Notes: generated from the sequence alone by a model not told the origin. Numbered from the whole stretch's first letter, positions 1 to 13,884 are shown. The stretch: DNA of 62,807 bases, filler included, from Perkinsus chesapeaki ATCC PRA-425 (GCA_013115145.1; 9 parts of 9 records of this genome joined end to end with filler, not necessarily neighbours in it), one strand, 5' to 3'. Made by a program: numbers and translations.

Positions 1-345
1 TATTGGTTTTCGGTGTACGGGTCGTAAATGTACGAGTATTCGAGACATGAGTCGAAGGTGTACGAGTATTCGGGGTATGGGACATGAACACCCCAATTAT
101 CCGAACCCAATAAAATACAATCTTGAGAGGAGAACTTAACTTATTACGTTCATAAAATGCATTACAAGGCACTAGCGTCGCGCTATGCACAACACAGAAA
201 ATGGGACAATTATTGTGGGATGAGATATCATATCTGGGACAATCTCTACAAATGGCGACGTATGGACCCAAGAAGTGCACGCCTTTTACCGAATGGGTGT
301 TCAGTATAACGTACTCTCTGTACAATGAGTGAACGGAGTGAAAGT

Positions 346-367
346 GTAGGGGACCCCTACTAGGGGT
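346..367. repeat. 22-bp double-palindrome footprint (perfect)
   Basis: GTAGGGG-A-CCCCTA-C-TAGGGGT; inferred 8-mer GTAGGGGT. Confidence 0.85.
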
Positions 368-437
368 TATTGGGTCGTTATAAAGTCGGTTGATTCCCCC
401 ACTAGAGCAACGCAACCCTACCGGCCTCTATTGGTTC

Positions 438-3103
438 TTATTCGTGTGTTTTGGCTTTAATTAAATTAGCTTCATCATCTAGTTCTTCATAAAACTTAAG
501 GCATTTCGGGTTCGCGCGGATTGCCTAACAAACTCCATCAAAAGAAATCGTCAGCAGCGACCCACAGGTCGGAAATTTCGGCCGGTGGAGCTGATGCTGA
601 CGGACTGTAAGGATCTACAGCGGGACAATGCCACATATGCCTGGCCGAATCTAAGAATCATGCATCGACAAACAGCACGAGGGTGAACCAATTACTCGAA
701 GACAGTGTCCAGCTTAATAACGGCACAGTCGAGCGTCATGCCTTGACTTTTGTGAACACTAAGAGCCCAGGCGAGTTGAAGAGGGATCTGTCGCCGCCGA
801 CCGAGCTCTACAGCGCGTCCACCGGACGATACCGTGCTGTAGAAAACCCACTCGTCCAGCGGGACCGTTATCTGAAAGAAGCTAATCTGGGAGAAGCGAA
901 TAATTGGGCGACCTCTTCTTCTCCAGTTGACACAAACTTAACAACAGGCAAACAAGGAGCCTTCGTGAATCTGTCGCAGAGAATTAGCATTTGTCATGAC
1001 TTCAAATCTGACCGAACTATTATTCCGCGGCTCCCATTGACAAGACATTTCTGCGGTGAAAAGGTTTTATTCAGCATCACTTGCGCACCAACTTTTAAAA
1101 CCACCTGAGCGAGAAGGAATGCGTTGTCCAAAGCGACGTGAAGTTACGAGCTCACTTTTGAACGTGCCGAACACATGGCGTCCAAATTGAGACTGGTAGA
1201 GTCGTACACAGTGTCGACGGCAGTGTAAGTCATCGGCGGTGTTGACAGTCTTGCCAGCTCCCGCTCGTTGATCGCGTCCACCTCGCGCCTGGTCGGCAGA
1301 AGCTGAGACGCGACCACGCCACCAGTGAGCGTGGAGTGCTTCCTTTGGGCAGCCAGCGTGAGGAGCTCTTGCGTTTCCTGGGAGCAGTTACCCAGACGAA
1401 TCTCGTTAAGCATCTGAGCGGAAGGTCGAACACGAGGGAGGCTCCTGCCACGCCCCTCACTGTTGTAAAGGTTGCATCGCCCTCTTGCCGCTTCACTTCC
1501 TTCAACAACAAAATCTTGTGGATGCATTTCTTCCACGTCTTCGCCTAAGCGAGCCATCGCAGACAGGATTCGCGAACCAGCTCACCTCAAAACAGAAGGA
1601 CGCCTCTTCCTTCTTTCCATTGGGCAGGGTCTGGCTGACTGGCGGCAACTAACACCAACGCACTTGTTCAATCGGTCCGCACGCTCTCCCTGCCTGTAGG
1701 AAATCTCCAGTAAGTACGAGCTGGATTCCTCCGAACGGTCGAGAGTCTTGCCGGACCTAAGCTGGACTTCCAGTGGGCTAGCTCTCAGCCCCTACGGTTC
1801 GAGCAATCTGCTCTAGCTTGTCGAACAGTCTGCCGTCCAACATAGATATCTCATCGATGACCAACGTCTTCACTCTTTTCCACCGTCCGAGCCTGAGCAG
1901 ATTCCTGTACGCAGGGGGCATGTGGCCCTACAGTTCAGGAGATCGCTTTATTTTCTGGGCGAGAGCAGGGGCGTCTCGCGTGCCCGAGCCGATGCCTGCA
2001 AAGCTGTGTATCTATTAGAGGCAGGCTCAGTGCTATGGGGGGTGAGGACAGCTCACAGTTTGACCGCCGAGGTGGGAGGCTGCCAACCCTGTAGAAGATG
2101 TCACAGCTGTCAGACCGGGCTTGAGTAGGCGGATCAGCCGGTGGAGAACCTGGCGGCGGTTTCCGTTCCTGTAGGGGAGGGCACTCTTACGAAGGACTTC
2201 CCTGTGCCAGCGCCACCAGTGAAGAACACACTTTTACCAGCAAGCACAGCCTCCACAACCTGCGGGATGGAAATCTCCATTTTACGGCGCGCAGTAATTC
2301 ACTCGTTTTTGCTCTGACGTCATCGCTGGACCGGACTTAACCGCCGGTGACTTCTTCGCAGACCGGGGGATGCCCGGGCGGGCCGGAGTGGTCGGAAGTC
2401 CACCTAGAAGTACATGAAGAGTTACCGATCTCCTGCGTACCCTTTTGGCGAGCATTGAGCCTCGGAGCGGTGGGAGGGGACCACCTGCCCGGCGATATGC
2501 GGTGGGGCGAGGCGAAGGTGTTGAGGCGTTTTCGATCGGCCGGATTGGGAGTTGGACAGGCTGCCGCTGCTGGGCGATGAAGGCTCGAGTAAGCTGGGAC
2601 GGCCTACTGTTGCCATGGTCAAGAGAGAGAGCGGCGATGCTACTCGGCTGAGGGCGCGCTTGGCCGTCGACTTTTGGCTCCGCTGAATGGCAGCAAAGAT
2701 TCCTCGGGCGATCTCGGGCTCACCCCGGGAGCTCATCATTACGGATACACCAGTCTTGACGAATCGGACCGTTAGCAGGCCAATGCGTACCTGACTGAGG
2801 GGAGAGGCAGCCGCCACCGCACTCGGCCACAGTCTGGGAAGCTACCTATGGTGTAGAGTGAAGAAGGACAAAGGGAAATCTCTGTTCTTGTCTTTGAGCT
2901 TCTTGTCGCTCGAGATCCTCAATATCTGCACGGATTGATCGAGCACTCTCGAGACTAATAAGCGATACCTTCTCATCGATGAGCACCATGACCACTGAGT
3001 CGGAGTACTTCTCGAGCTTCGGCGGGCCACGGCCTGCCTTTTCAATGGTCACAGTCATCGGTCCCCCCAGTGGCAGCCCTCGGCAGTCATCATCATGAGG
3101 CAT
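438..3103 (-). CDS. PIF1: PIF1-family 5'-3' DNA helicase, multi-exon, apparently complete
   Basis: Hand-spliced exons give VFFTGGAGTGKSF (Walker A), TSSTGLAASHLGGQTIHSFAGIG, LVIDEISMLDG, PFGGIQLVLTGDFLQLPPV, LKEVKRQEGD, LKVGAQVML, LVNGSRG, RQIPLQLAWALSVHKSQGMTLD and FEFGQAYVALSR. The N-terminal part resembles the PIF1 N-domain. The start codon is approximate. Confidence 0.95.
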
Positions 3104-3279
3104 GCCCAAATTGATGTCTTGTAGGGAAGGTTGCTCCGGTGCACAACACAACTGGTAACTAACGCAAGCCGGGCAAGGGACGGACGGGCGCCGCCGCCGG
3201 TTGAAACGGTCCTCTGGTGAGGCGGCGACAAATACATTGCTAATTCAACTATGCGTTATGATACAATGACATGGCAACT

Positions 3280-6200
3280 TCATCCACCGTAACTGCCGGG
3301 GTGGGTCATCGACGGAAGATGGCGAGGAGGAGCGGGAGGCCCGCCGCCACCGCCGCCCCAGACGGCAAGGTCGGTGGGGTAGGGCCCGGCCCAGCTGTAC
3401 CTGATACACGATTGATTCTAGAGCCAACAGACTTCTAGTTACATTCGGCCAGGTTGAGGGTCGACGGTTGGATAGTAATAGCAAGGCAGAGCTTGGTACT
3501 GTTGAGGCTGTTGAGGGTACAAAAGCGGACCCGCTGCTGGGCCCATATAGAGCCGATGCTGCAAAGGTGGATGGAAGTAGGGGCTTGGCTGCAGCTGGGC
3601 TTGCGACCACGGGTAGCTGTCAAAGGCATTAGCACACCACAGGTGACGCCGTAAGCCCTCCTACCTTTCGGTGTAGCGGTACCCAGCGTCCGGTGGGCGG
3701 ACTTCCTCATCATCATCGCTGCTGTTGTCGCCGTAGTACTTGCTCGGGTCGTAGCATGGCCGATCGGAGCTGTCGGAGCTGTGCTCGTCGCCAGCTTGAC
3801 CGACGCCGGCAGAGGCCTTGATTCCATCACGGCTGAGCCGGGATGCTATCATCTTGTCTCGACTGTCGCGGGGTGACTCCACGATCTCAACCTTGCTCAT
3901 GCTGCTGTATCTGGAGATTAGCATGGCCCCTTTCCAGTCCAGATGGCTCACTTTCTGACGATGTCCTCTATGGATGCGCTGGCTCTGGAGGATCTCACGG
4001 TGCTCCGCGCTAACCTTGGCGATGATCCCCGAACTGCCGTGTCATCCTGGGTGAACATTCGGGACGACGGCAGAGATGCCTCCTGGCCTGGGCCACTTCC
4101 ACCGACCAACGCATGAGACTTCTCGATCGAGGTGAGGTCGGGAGTAGATAGCCTGTCCGACTCGCCCGGTCCTCGAGCACTTCTTTCCAGCGGCTTTGGT
4201 TGCTGGTTGGTCGCAAAAGTGACCGCTCGGCCCGATGCCCGCGAAGTGTCTCCGTGGTGTATCATCGACTCCGAAGACAGACGACCTGCATGACTGTGAT
4301 GGACTACGGCTGGGCGAGTGGGATGGATGAGACCCTTGGGGGCCCTGGAAGCGTCCCAGGGATTGATCAAGTCGGCCGCGGCCAGGGAAGCTTCTTCTGT
4401 TGCTTCGTCAGTCGCTCCGCTGTTGGCCGCCTCGAGGCTGCTCCGTAGGATGCTCCTGCTCCAGCTGGTGTACCTGTCAGACGGACTAGTCATTCCACCA
4501 ACCCCACCAACCCACTTCTTCGCCAGCTCAGCGCTTCGACGCTGCCAGTCGTCATCCAACGAGGCTCGGCCGACTAAGCATGCTGAAGACTCGTCCCGAG
4601 CCAGTGCAGCCAGTAGCGAGCCGCGGGACTTCCGTGCCGTGCTTAGCAGACTCGAGCGCTGTGGCAAACGTGCATAAAGCGTTCAAGTCGAACGCTAATG
4701 CCTACAACTTCAGCTTCCCTCTCGGTCATCGTAGCGGTCACATTCGGTCGGTCGTCCTCATGCATGAGGCTCTTCGGAGAGGCCGGGTGTTCGAGCCGAG
4801 ACTTGGCCTTCGGTGTCGCCCGTGATTTGCTGCCATGCGGACGGTCTCTCGCTGATCACAGTTGATCCTCCGCAACTCCGGAGCGACTCTTTCTACCTGG
4901 TTCCCGAGACTTCGGCTGCGTCTTCGAAGCCTCTGCTCGCCTCTGCGTCTGCCTGCGTGTCTGCGGTGCCGATCGGCTTCTCTTTCTCGACCCCTTGGCT
5001 GGCTGCTGAGGTTGCTTCACCCCTGCCGTGATGGCCAAGAGAGGAGGGCCTGCTGTGGGGCCTGCTGCCACTGCTCCGTTCTTAACGAAGGTCGACCCCA
5101 CGAAGGCTTCCAGTGCAGTGTTCTTGGCCCTATACCGCCGGAAATCGACCGGCTGCCGCCTGATGCCAAATCGGCATTACGAAAGACCCCACGGAACCTC
5201 ACTTGGTCATGAAGACGCGTTGGCAAACCCTCTCGTGCACACCAAGCTTTCCGCTAGAGGCGAAGGTCCGCCCACAGTGGGGGCACTTATGGTCAGTCGA
5301 AGGCTCCTCGACAGTAGTGTCACCTCGGCTGTCGGAGGGGTACGGAGGGGTCCGCTGGGCTAGTCGAGGGGATAGACCTGAAAACATAACGATTGCTCAA
5401 GCTGATGGCGAGGCCGACGAACTCGATGCAGTCCTAGGCCTTGAGGGCGGTGTTGCTGCTGGCGGTGGTCTTAGATGGCCGGACAGGCTACAGGTGCCGG
5501 TGAGGAGGTCAGGGCAGCAGCCGCCGCCGCTGGGGACGCTGAGACTCCTCAGGTGGGAATGAGTTATCGAGTAGGGTTCCTCTGCCACTGGCTCTAGGAT
5601 GCTCAGATCCTTGTGGGCTATGTGGTCGATTCGACTGATACAGTTAGAGTCGGCCACAGAAATGATGGCGGGATCTCGGATGGACAACATCATCGATGTG
5701 CAGTTCATTTCCACGGTGCAACTGGCGCTAGAGTCCCGAGCGGTGTGTCGGCTGGTCCACCTGGCCTGACGTTCGGTGCTGGCGGAGGAGGAGGAGGAGG
5801 AGGTGCCGCCAGAGTCAGCGCAGACTTCCTTGGTGGCTGCTAAAAGACAATATCTGTCTCGCCTTATGGCCACAAGAGCTCACCTGTGATGCGTTCCTCA
5901 TCCCGGCTTGACTGAGATGAGCCGACGCTGGCGAGGAAGGTTTCAATCTCGGCATCCCAGTCAATCACCTCGGCTTCAGGTATCGCGGTCATTGAAGGCG
6001 GCGAACTCAACGCGGGCCTGGCTGGCTTGGCACTGTCAGCCCCAAACAGTGCGTTTTCTCCAGACGATATTGTCGGTGATAGGGACGTTGATGGATCTCT
6101 GAGAACCTGATAGGGCTCTCTAACGCCAACCAGGGCAGCAGCAGCAGTACCAGCCCTGACGATGAGTCCAGTGATCGGTTGGGCTGCCTGCTGAAGCCAC

Positions 6201-7076
6201 GCGACTTGACGGGAGACTCTACAGGGGCCATCTGACATCACAGTCACCACCACAGGTGGGGTCGACTTGGTCACGTTCTCGGCTGCCGTGACGCGCTCGA
6301 AGGCCTCCATCAGAGGGTTGGTCGCATCACCGCCGTGCGGAGCTGTCCCTTGAGCTGTGACGATTGCTGGTGTGAGAAGGGGAGGTACTTGAGGTGTCTC
6401 ATGGACGAACAGTGTCTGACCGCCAGTGCCAGGGGTGGCTTTGGTTATGGACCGTTGCGGGCGCTGCGGAGGAGGAAGCGTGGTCACTGCCGGCCCTGGT
6501 ACGGACTGAAAGGCACTCGCTGAAGACGACATGGCAAAGGAGGCAAGGCCACATGAAGGGACATCGGCGTCCGCATCAGATCGTCCTCGGCCGCGGTGCC
6601 CAGAGCTTCAATGCCCGGGAGGGAGTCCAAGGATCCATCATCGGTCCTCGCGGTAAGCATCGACCCAGAACGCATGCGATGAGTAGTGCCTGGAGCCTAC
6701 ATGGGCGGGCCAAAGGAACGGACACGACGTACATGTGAGCATGTGACTCTGTACATCGGCTTTGGTCCGGAACGCCTTGCCACACCGCGGACACTCGGTG
6801 ATGGTTAAGCAGTCAAACCTAAAGTAGCAGCAGTCCAGGCGAGCTGTTGCTGCTGGTGGGGGGGGGCTGAGTGGTACTGTGTGAGATCCTCTTCCTTATG
6901 TGGAGTGGGCTTTGGCACTTGAGGGGAGCAGTCACCGAGGGCATCATCATCACCACCTAAGATTAGCGACACCGGTGGCGTAGTGCCTTTCAGCCCACAA
7001 ATCTTCACGATAAGATGTGAAACTGAACCTCCGTGATTTCACGATTTCCAGACGGCACACAGGACGGTGGAGGCAT
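3280..7076 (-). CDS. Low-complexity protein with two C2HC-type zinc fingers (zf-C2HC_2/ZC2HC1-like), multi-exon
   Basis: ECPRCGKAFRTKADVQSHMLTC (~6730-6790) and KCPHCGRTFASSGKLGVHERVCQRVFMTK|RQPVDFRRYRAKNT (~5120-5290). The ORFs 5864-6532, 5397-5873, 3948-4667 and 3661-3951 can be joined by ~45-nt GT-AG introns, ending at TGA 3280-3282. The 5' end is uncertain. Confidence 0.7.
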
Positions 7077-7197
7077 GAGGGATTCACCTACTCTATCTTC
7101 AAGCGTGATCCAATTGTTGGTATATGACAGAAAGTTCTATAGGTTACCGAGCAACAAAAAATGTCAAGAAATGAGAACCTTCTGGTAGAAATTGACG

Positions 7198-8536
7198 TTA
7201 CTCACTGACCCTCCCGAGACTCGGACAAACTACACAACAGAAGGCGGCGTGTATACGGTCAACAACAGGTAGGGATACTGCTTACCACAGACTTACCAGT
7301 TCCGCTATTCAAATCATCGCCTCGGTTCATCGGCGTTCCGACAGGATCGACGGCCTCTGTAACAGACATTAACAGACGGTAGAGCACTCAGCAGCAGACT
7401 CACCATCATCTTCATCTATACCACCCAGCTCGATCGGCTCCCCCTCTTCGGTGTCGACCGTGCCGCCCTCTGGGCTTTCCCCCAAGCGAGCCGCATAGCC
7501 AGAGTTAGAGGAGCCCGGCGAGAGCGTCATCAGGGTGTTGTTGGCAGCCCGGACGGCCCTCTTGACGCTGCCCGATCGAAGACTGGATTTGCCGAACACC
7601 CGACTCGGTGTCACGAGGTCGCTGCAGCTGAGCTGGCTGCCATCTAGTGACCCCGGCACTGGTGTGTTGCCCTCATCGCTCGGCTGAAGCAGGTATCGTC
7701 GAGCACAGCGGCGGGTTAGGGACCTACTGGCGTCTTAAGGCTCGGAAAGGCATCCCCAGCAGCATCCGTAACATTCGATCTAGGGCGTGCATTTGGTGGA
7801 GTGTTGTCTGCATCGAAGCCCAATTTACGGATAACAGAGTCCGGCGAACCTACCATACCCGACTGACAGGCCTAGCTGCTCCCTGGGCTCACCATCGTTA
7901 GCAGCAGCTGCACCACCTGCTTTCCGACAGCCTGTCACCGCAGCCACGGCTCTGGTGGTCCGCTGGTTATTCACCTCGGCCCGGGCTGGACCTGCATTTC
8001 CCACATCCCCGTCTTTCCTTAACGCTAAGTCTACTTATCCAACTCCTGCCTTAGCAAATTTGTCCGCAAGTGGTCGGTTTTCGGTCAAAGTAAGACGCTC
8101 TTGCTGGTGGAGCACCGAGCTTTGTGATACTCCGGTAATATATCATCTCAAATTTCTACTCGATCACTAGGAATCCTCCCTCCTCGGATACCCCCTCCCC
8201 TCCACCCCTACCTGGTGAGGTGCCGATAGCAGTGAACGGCGATGCCATAAGAACACTGTCATCATCGAATCTATGACTTGGCCTGCCCGGTGGACTGGTG
8301 GTGTTGGCTAGGCTAGGCCGAGCTGGAGGGGCCTGATGAGGCTGGCTGGCCAGATTAGGTGCTGTCCACGGGGTCGCGCTCCTGATCCCAGTGTTGCCGG
8401 TCGCATTGGTTGCCAGAGAACCGCCATGGTGGTGCACCGGGGTGAAAGATGGCAGGAAAGCTCCCCTAGGGGTCTGCTGCTGCTGCAACGGAGGCGGATC
8501 GGTCATTGGTATATACTGCCATTTACTACTATCCAA
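7198..8536 (-). CDS. Hypothetical protein, multi-exon
   Basis: ORFs 8156-8536 and 7369-7659 with plausible intermediate exons (e.g. TTLHQMHALDRMLRMLLGMPFRALRR) flanked by GT/AG. No recognisable domain. Confidence 0.5.
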
Positions 8537-8654
8537 CTCAAGACCGCCACCGCCGACTGTGATGAGTCACACGACTGTTGGAACAACACATGGTATTAAA
8601 GTGCACAAAGGTGGATAAGCTGCCACTGGTGCTTCTACAAATATAATACTAATC

Positions 8655-11033
8655 CTACAGGTTGTCCTCCTCGACGACCGCCTTAGCATCGCGGGCCGTT
8701 GACACCTCACTGCTAGCTCCTCCTTCGCTCGACTTTATAGTCTCCAGTAGACTAGGCTCCCCTTCTGTGAGCCCAGCTGCTGGTCGTGTTCGCCGCAGCG
8801 GTCGAGGTGCGCATCCATTTCCAGAAATCACCGATGAGGCGTCACTCCCGCAGCCATCGAGGTGCATGGCCAGCCGGCCATGGTCCCCCGCGCTCAGGAC
8901 TCGTCGACTAGGCAGCCTAGGCCGGCCCGCAATGGGAGATTCCTGGGAGAACACCCCCACCCCACTGCCAGATCGAGTGCTGGCCCTGCTGGCCGGGCCC
9001 AACTTGGCCGGGCAACTGTAGTTGCTGCCCGATGCGTTCGATGGCGGCCTCTGTCCCACCGCGGGTAACGGATAGGGCTGCGCACTGCCCAACTGACCAG
9101 TCCCGTTCCGAGAAGCCAGGATGCTATTGCCGACATTGCGGAATAGACTCGACTTCCCCCCGCCATATTGCTGCTGAGCTGCTATGGCAAGCCGGTCACT
9201 AAGCGATGACCCCGTTCCCAGGAGATAGCGAGCCCGGCTGGTAGGCCTGGAGGAGGCGGGGTCGGTCCTGCCAGCGGTGGGAACTCGTCTAGGCTGGGCG
9301 TAAAGAAGGGAGAGATCCTCGAAGGCGGCAGCTCCTATGTGGTCACGGATGAGACAGAGGGCATCGCTAGCCGCACTGCGAATGGCCGCGCCTGAAGGAA
9401 CAATTTAGCGGCGCGGTGACGGACCTAGATGCTCACCTGTGTCGCGACTGTCAGCCGAGTCCGAGGCTTCCATGAGAGCCGGCAAAGCCTCGTCCGTCCG
9501 CCAGCCCTCGATCACACCCTCGACGAAGTAACGGGGAAGTCGACTGCTGGTTCGGAGGATATCCAGGATGATACGGACAGCGCAGAGGCGGTCCTCTGGC
9601 CAACCATTACATACCGCATTGCAGATCTGAGAGCAGGTGCTCACTGGGAGCGTTGACGGCGATAGGAAGGCTACCTTAGAAAGCCCTAACGACCACAGCT
9701 TATCCAGGGCCGAGCTACTTGGGGCCTCAGGGGGAACTCTATCCAGGAAAGATGCAAATATCTTTTGGACCTGCAAGCTCAAGCTGTTCCGGCAAGCTGG
9801 TGCCCGGTAGGCTACTTTTCGCCAAGTCATCGTGGAGGCCCCTGCGGCCTTTATGAGAGCAGGGACCAACTGCCGAGGGGCGAGCTCCACCGTACCCATG
9901 ACATCCAGGTGAGGCCAATGGTCCAGCAACCACAGCACGACCTAGTGAGACTCAAGTGACCTCAAGGCAACACTAGGCCACTGACCTCCAGGCTGCCGAC
10001 CAAATCCAGTTCGTTACCGGTACGGATGCCGCCGTTGGAGCGGAGAAGTCTCACGGCCATGGTGACCGCGCTCCTCTCGTCCACTCTACTGTAGCCGGCT
10101 CGAGCAGCCAGGCAGTCGGTGCCTACAATTGGAGTGCTATGGGACGGTGCCCTGATATAGTTCCTACCAGTAGACCTAGAGGCATGCTCCAAGGCGTCGT
10201 GGACTTCACAGCCGGTGCCCTTCTTCAGCACCGTACTGGGTATCCATAAAGATCTGTCTTGAGGTTGAATGATGCCCTCTGAGTGGCCTGATTTTATAAC
10301 GGCAGTGAAGCTCGGCAAGTTGCGGACAGCGGCGTCGGCGGCGTCGAGGCCAGAGGAGTGGGCTAAGCCTAGAGTGGAGTGGTCTTCCGGACTTAAGTCC
10401 GCTAAGGCAGCTTTGAATAAGTCGGAAAAAACGGATCTAGAGAGCTTGAAGATCATCTGGTTCACCTTGATGGGGACCATTTGGTTGGGGGCGTCTGATG
10501 AAGATATTCGTCATAGTGCGCACGAAGGCGTATCTTACCAACGGACGCGGCTCTCTTAGATGCAGCCAAGCAAGTAAGAAGTTGTCTTAGATGGTCCTTG
10601 GTAAGAGCGTCCCCTCGTCTCAAGATCTCCTCCACGATGACCACGCTGTCGTATCTTTTCATGATCTGAGACCAACAATGTCATCTTGGACGGCCTCGGC
10701 GGGAGACTACCTCAGTGTGGTTGGAATCACGCTTCATTTTGAGCAGAAGCTCCTGGACCGATTCCTGAGGTATCCTTGGGCCACAGTACGGGGGAATGCC
10801 GCCCTCGCCGCGTTGGACCATCATTATAAAGCAACAGCCTATTAATGATGATGCAACACAAGTGGAAACTGCCCAGATAACAAAGTCGCGCGCCTCGAAA
10901 TTCTTCAAGCGGCGCTGTAAAAAGCGCTCGGATTGCCACTTCCGTCCGTCCCGTATTGTTGTTGTAGATGGGAAGGGATGAGTGGCGTTAGGCCGCCGTT
11001 AGGGCCAGTTCAAACCTCTGGCGCGAGAGACAT
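8655..11033 (-). CDS. Hypothetical protein, possibly helical-repeat (HEAT/ARM-like) with a disordered C-terminus
   Basis: Co-oriented ORFs 10462-10662, 9962-10480, 9405-9938 and 8655-9092 with Leu-rich helical character. The family assignment is not secure. Confidence 0.5.
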
Positions 11034-11146
11034 TTCTCATTACGGCTGAGGTTAGTGCAGCTTAAGAGAAGTGGCGTAGTAGCAGCGCAACTTAGTACGT
11101 TGAACATACACCTATCTCGACAAGTTCGATTCCGATGGTAAATTCA

Positions 11147-12047
11147 CTATTCCTTGGGAGGGGAAATCGAAGTTCGTAAACCAGCATCTTGACGTAAATT
11201 TCGCTCACCCGGCGAAATCGAAGTTACTATTGTCGAAGTAGGGGTTGAAAAGGTGTACAACACACTCGGTCCCGTCTTGGATAGGAGCTTCTCTTCAAAG
11301 CCATGCAAGGTATCACGATCATAGTGCGGATCTACTGAAGTCCTTGCCATTGATAGCGAGGGTGAGACTGCTTTTGGGAACACTTTATAGCACTACGGTA
11401 TCCATTTACCTACGTCACTTGGGGGACACCATGGAGCAGAATTGTGCGGCGGCATTGTTCATCGACATCGCTATTGCTTATCTGCTATCGGTTGGAAGTT
11501 CCTTAATAAGGATCCTTATGTCCTATCAGCATCGACACTACAGTGGAGAGCAACTCCACATTCCTACAGGCCTGGACCACCACTCTTTCCATGGTGTAAT
11601 TATTCATACCAAACTTCTCTCATTTCTCTTTCTCATAGTCCCCTGCTCTTGCGCCCTGCAAGGCTGAGCTGCATCTTCCCGATGGTCGAATAGAGGAGCT
11701 TCCCATACTGGAGGTACATCACCGTCAGATGCCTACTGTCAACGGTTGTCTTCCAGGGCTCTCATGGTGACCAGTTCATCGACATCCGTAATCTCAGCGC
11801 TCATACGGGGCTCTTTTCCTTCGATCCCGGATTCTCCTGTACTGCTTCCTGCTCCAGTGCTATCACTTATATCGATGGCCCTCGAGGTGACCCCATCAAA
11901 CTCGCCAGGATCAGCAATGCTCTCGCAGGTATACTGTTATACCGAGGGTATCCAGCTGCCCAGTTGGCCGAATGTTCCAATTTCTGTGAAGTGTGTTTCC
12001 TTTTACTAAACGGCAATCTGCCAACACCCTCCCAATACGAGAAGTAA
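11147..12047 (-). CDS. Partial hypothetical gene (5' end lost at the contig edge)
   Basis: Short exon-like frames between GT/AG sites, e.g. [18 protein letters not shown], which is weakly RRM-like. Confidence 0.35.
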
Positions 12048-12147
12048 NNNNNNNNNNNNNNNNNNNNNNNNNNNNNNNNNNNNNNNNNNNNTTAATTAAT
12101 TAANNNNNNNNNNNNNNNNNNNNNNNNNNNNNNNNNNNNNNNNNNNN
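12048..12147. other. Artificial contig-joining spacer N44-TTAATTAATTAA-N44. The same spacer occurs at 24417-24516, 42669-42768, 43931-44030, 47287-47386, 51686-51785, 53422-53521 and 55437-55536.
   Basis: Identical 100-nt structure eight times, with a linker carrying stops in all six frames. Linker-free N runs at 45173-45270, 49287-49383 and 61293-61392 look like ordinary scaffold gaps. Confidence 0.97.
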
Positions 12148-12228
12148 TGAGTATGAACGTGATTTATGGAGATTAAACATTAAGTGTACCTAATTTATGT
12201 GTACCAATCGTTAACATCCCCCTCTATA

Positions 12229-13489
12229 CTACCGTGCAACACAGTAAACTTCAGCGTCTATACTTCGCTCACCATCACTGGTTCCTAGCAAGAGGATATC
12301 CGTGTCAGGGTCCGCACAGACCGGCATAGCGGTCATCGCCATAGAGTCCTCAGCTAGAGGGCTATTACTGAAAGAGGATGGTGTTTCAGTCAGACTAACA
12401 ACACGGACTAACCTATCCAAATCCCAGCATCTGACAGCATAATTGTCTGCAACCACCAGAGAGGTCTCCCGCCACAGCACTACAAAGTTAATGCGTGACG
12501 AATCGTCACTGACGATCCGGCCAAGAACTCGCGTAGGCGAATGCGCTCCTCGAGGTCCCATATTTTGACCATGCGGTCGAATGATTCGACTCGAATCTGC
12601 CCGCAGTCGCCAACGTCCTGCGACAATCTTTCTGCCCAAGAGTCTCGGGCCAAAGAGGCCCAATATTCAACAACTCACCCCCGGCTGTATTCCATCATCA
12701 TCCAGCAATGCAATGCCTTGAACTGGGCCAGCATGAGAGTCTGGAAACTGCTGCCAGTCACCCTATTTTCGACCAGACCTGATATTAGAATTAATGAGTC
12801 ACGAAAATCCTACTCTTCTAATACTGATAGAGTCTCATCAGTACAACCGATGAGAATGGTACTGCTGCGAGCTTGCAGCGCTAATGAGCACATGCCACTA
12901 GCCGGTAGGGTCCGTGCTAGGGACAGCGAGGGACCAATGCGCCCCCAAAAGCGCAAGGTGTCATCATCACTGATGGATACAAGGTACGAACCATATCGTT
13001 GAAGGTCAAGAACACTGTCCGCGTGAGCGTTGATAGTCTGTGACTTGGAAATGCAAAATCAGCGCAGAGTCTATCATGAACGGTATTACCCTCAAGATCT
13101 CGAGGCTCCTCTCGTGCAGAATACTCATGTGACCAATAAAGCCGCTGCCGGCCACAAGGCACCGACTATCGGGTACGAAGCACAGTGCGCGAACCTAAGG
13201 TTGCAACTTTCCTTGGCACAGATAGTATGACTGTCACTTACTGGACCGATTCCGAAGACCCTGTTGCTGGCCAGCTCCGCGAAATCCAGGAAATGGTCGT
13301 AGAGCCTCACTAAGCCTCCCAGCGTGCCGATTGCCACCTCGAAAAAACCACTACTATTATCAAACGATTATATACTACCCATGGCTTCCACGTGTGAAGC
13401 GCGGTGGAAAGCGTCGCACGGTCGCTCTCCACCAATCTGTCGGAAACCAACATCATCATAAAGATAATTGATGCCAGCAAGTATAACAT
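12229..13489 (-). CDS. Hypothetical beta-propeller/WD40-like protein with a hydrophobic N-terminus, probably 3'-partial
   Basis: VAIGTLGGLVRLYD, VVADNYAVRCWDLD and ILLLGTSDG are typical WD-like strand motifs. The N-terminus MLYLLASIIFMMMLVS is hydrophobic. Confidence 0.45.
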
Positions 13490-13612
13490 ATTTTTGGCGA
13501 AAGCCTTAAGCAAACTACTAATTAGAAACAATCGGGCCGCGAATCGCTCGTAAGTTGTTCAAAGTGTAAATGGTAGAACTTGTACCGTAGAAGCAAAATG
13601 AAAGTTGTACAT

Positions 13613-13680
13613 ATTCACTAGGATTCGAACCTGTGCGTTCGTCATCCCAACACGCCACGCTAACCGTCATGCTTACACAC
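13613..13680 (-). other. Degenerate tRNA-like sequence (pseudogene or SINE head)
   Basis: Minus strand has a B-box/T-arm CACAGGTTCGAATCCTAGTG; the acceptor and anticodon stems do not pair well. Confidence 0.3.
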
Positions 13681-13884
13681 ACAACAATAACTCAAACTCG
13701 TTGTCCGATGGTGGGGCAGAAAAGTAATGGAAAAACAACACACCCTTTATTCGAACTCTCGAATCAGGTTCCACGTGTATCAGTGGGGAGTGTCACAGGG
13801 GGAATAGAAGACTTAGAGGGAGGGGCTCCATCGACAGTATCATAAGGAGAAAGCACAGTTCCAGAGACAGGAACAATAACATAA

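Noticed and set aside
400-410. CACTAGAGCAA at 400, 21603 and 53621
   Set aside because: Contexts differ and flanks share nothing more. The reverse complement TTGCTCTAG resembles a generic splice acceptor, so no function is supportable.
4852-4896. Apparent read-through TGA at 4856-4858 between two in-frame ORFs
   Set aside because: It lies inside a canonical 45-nt GT-AG intron.
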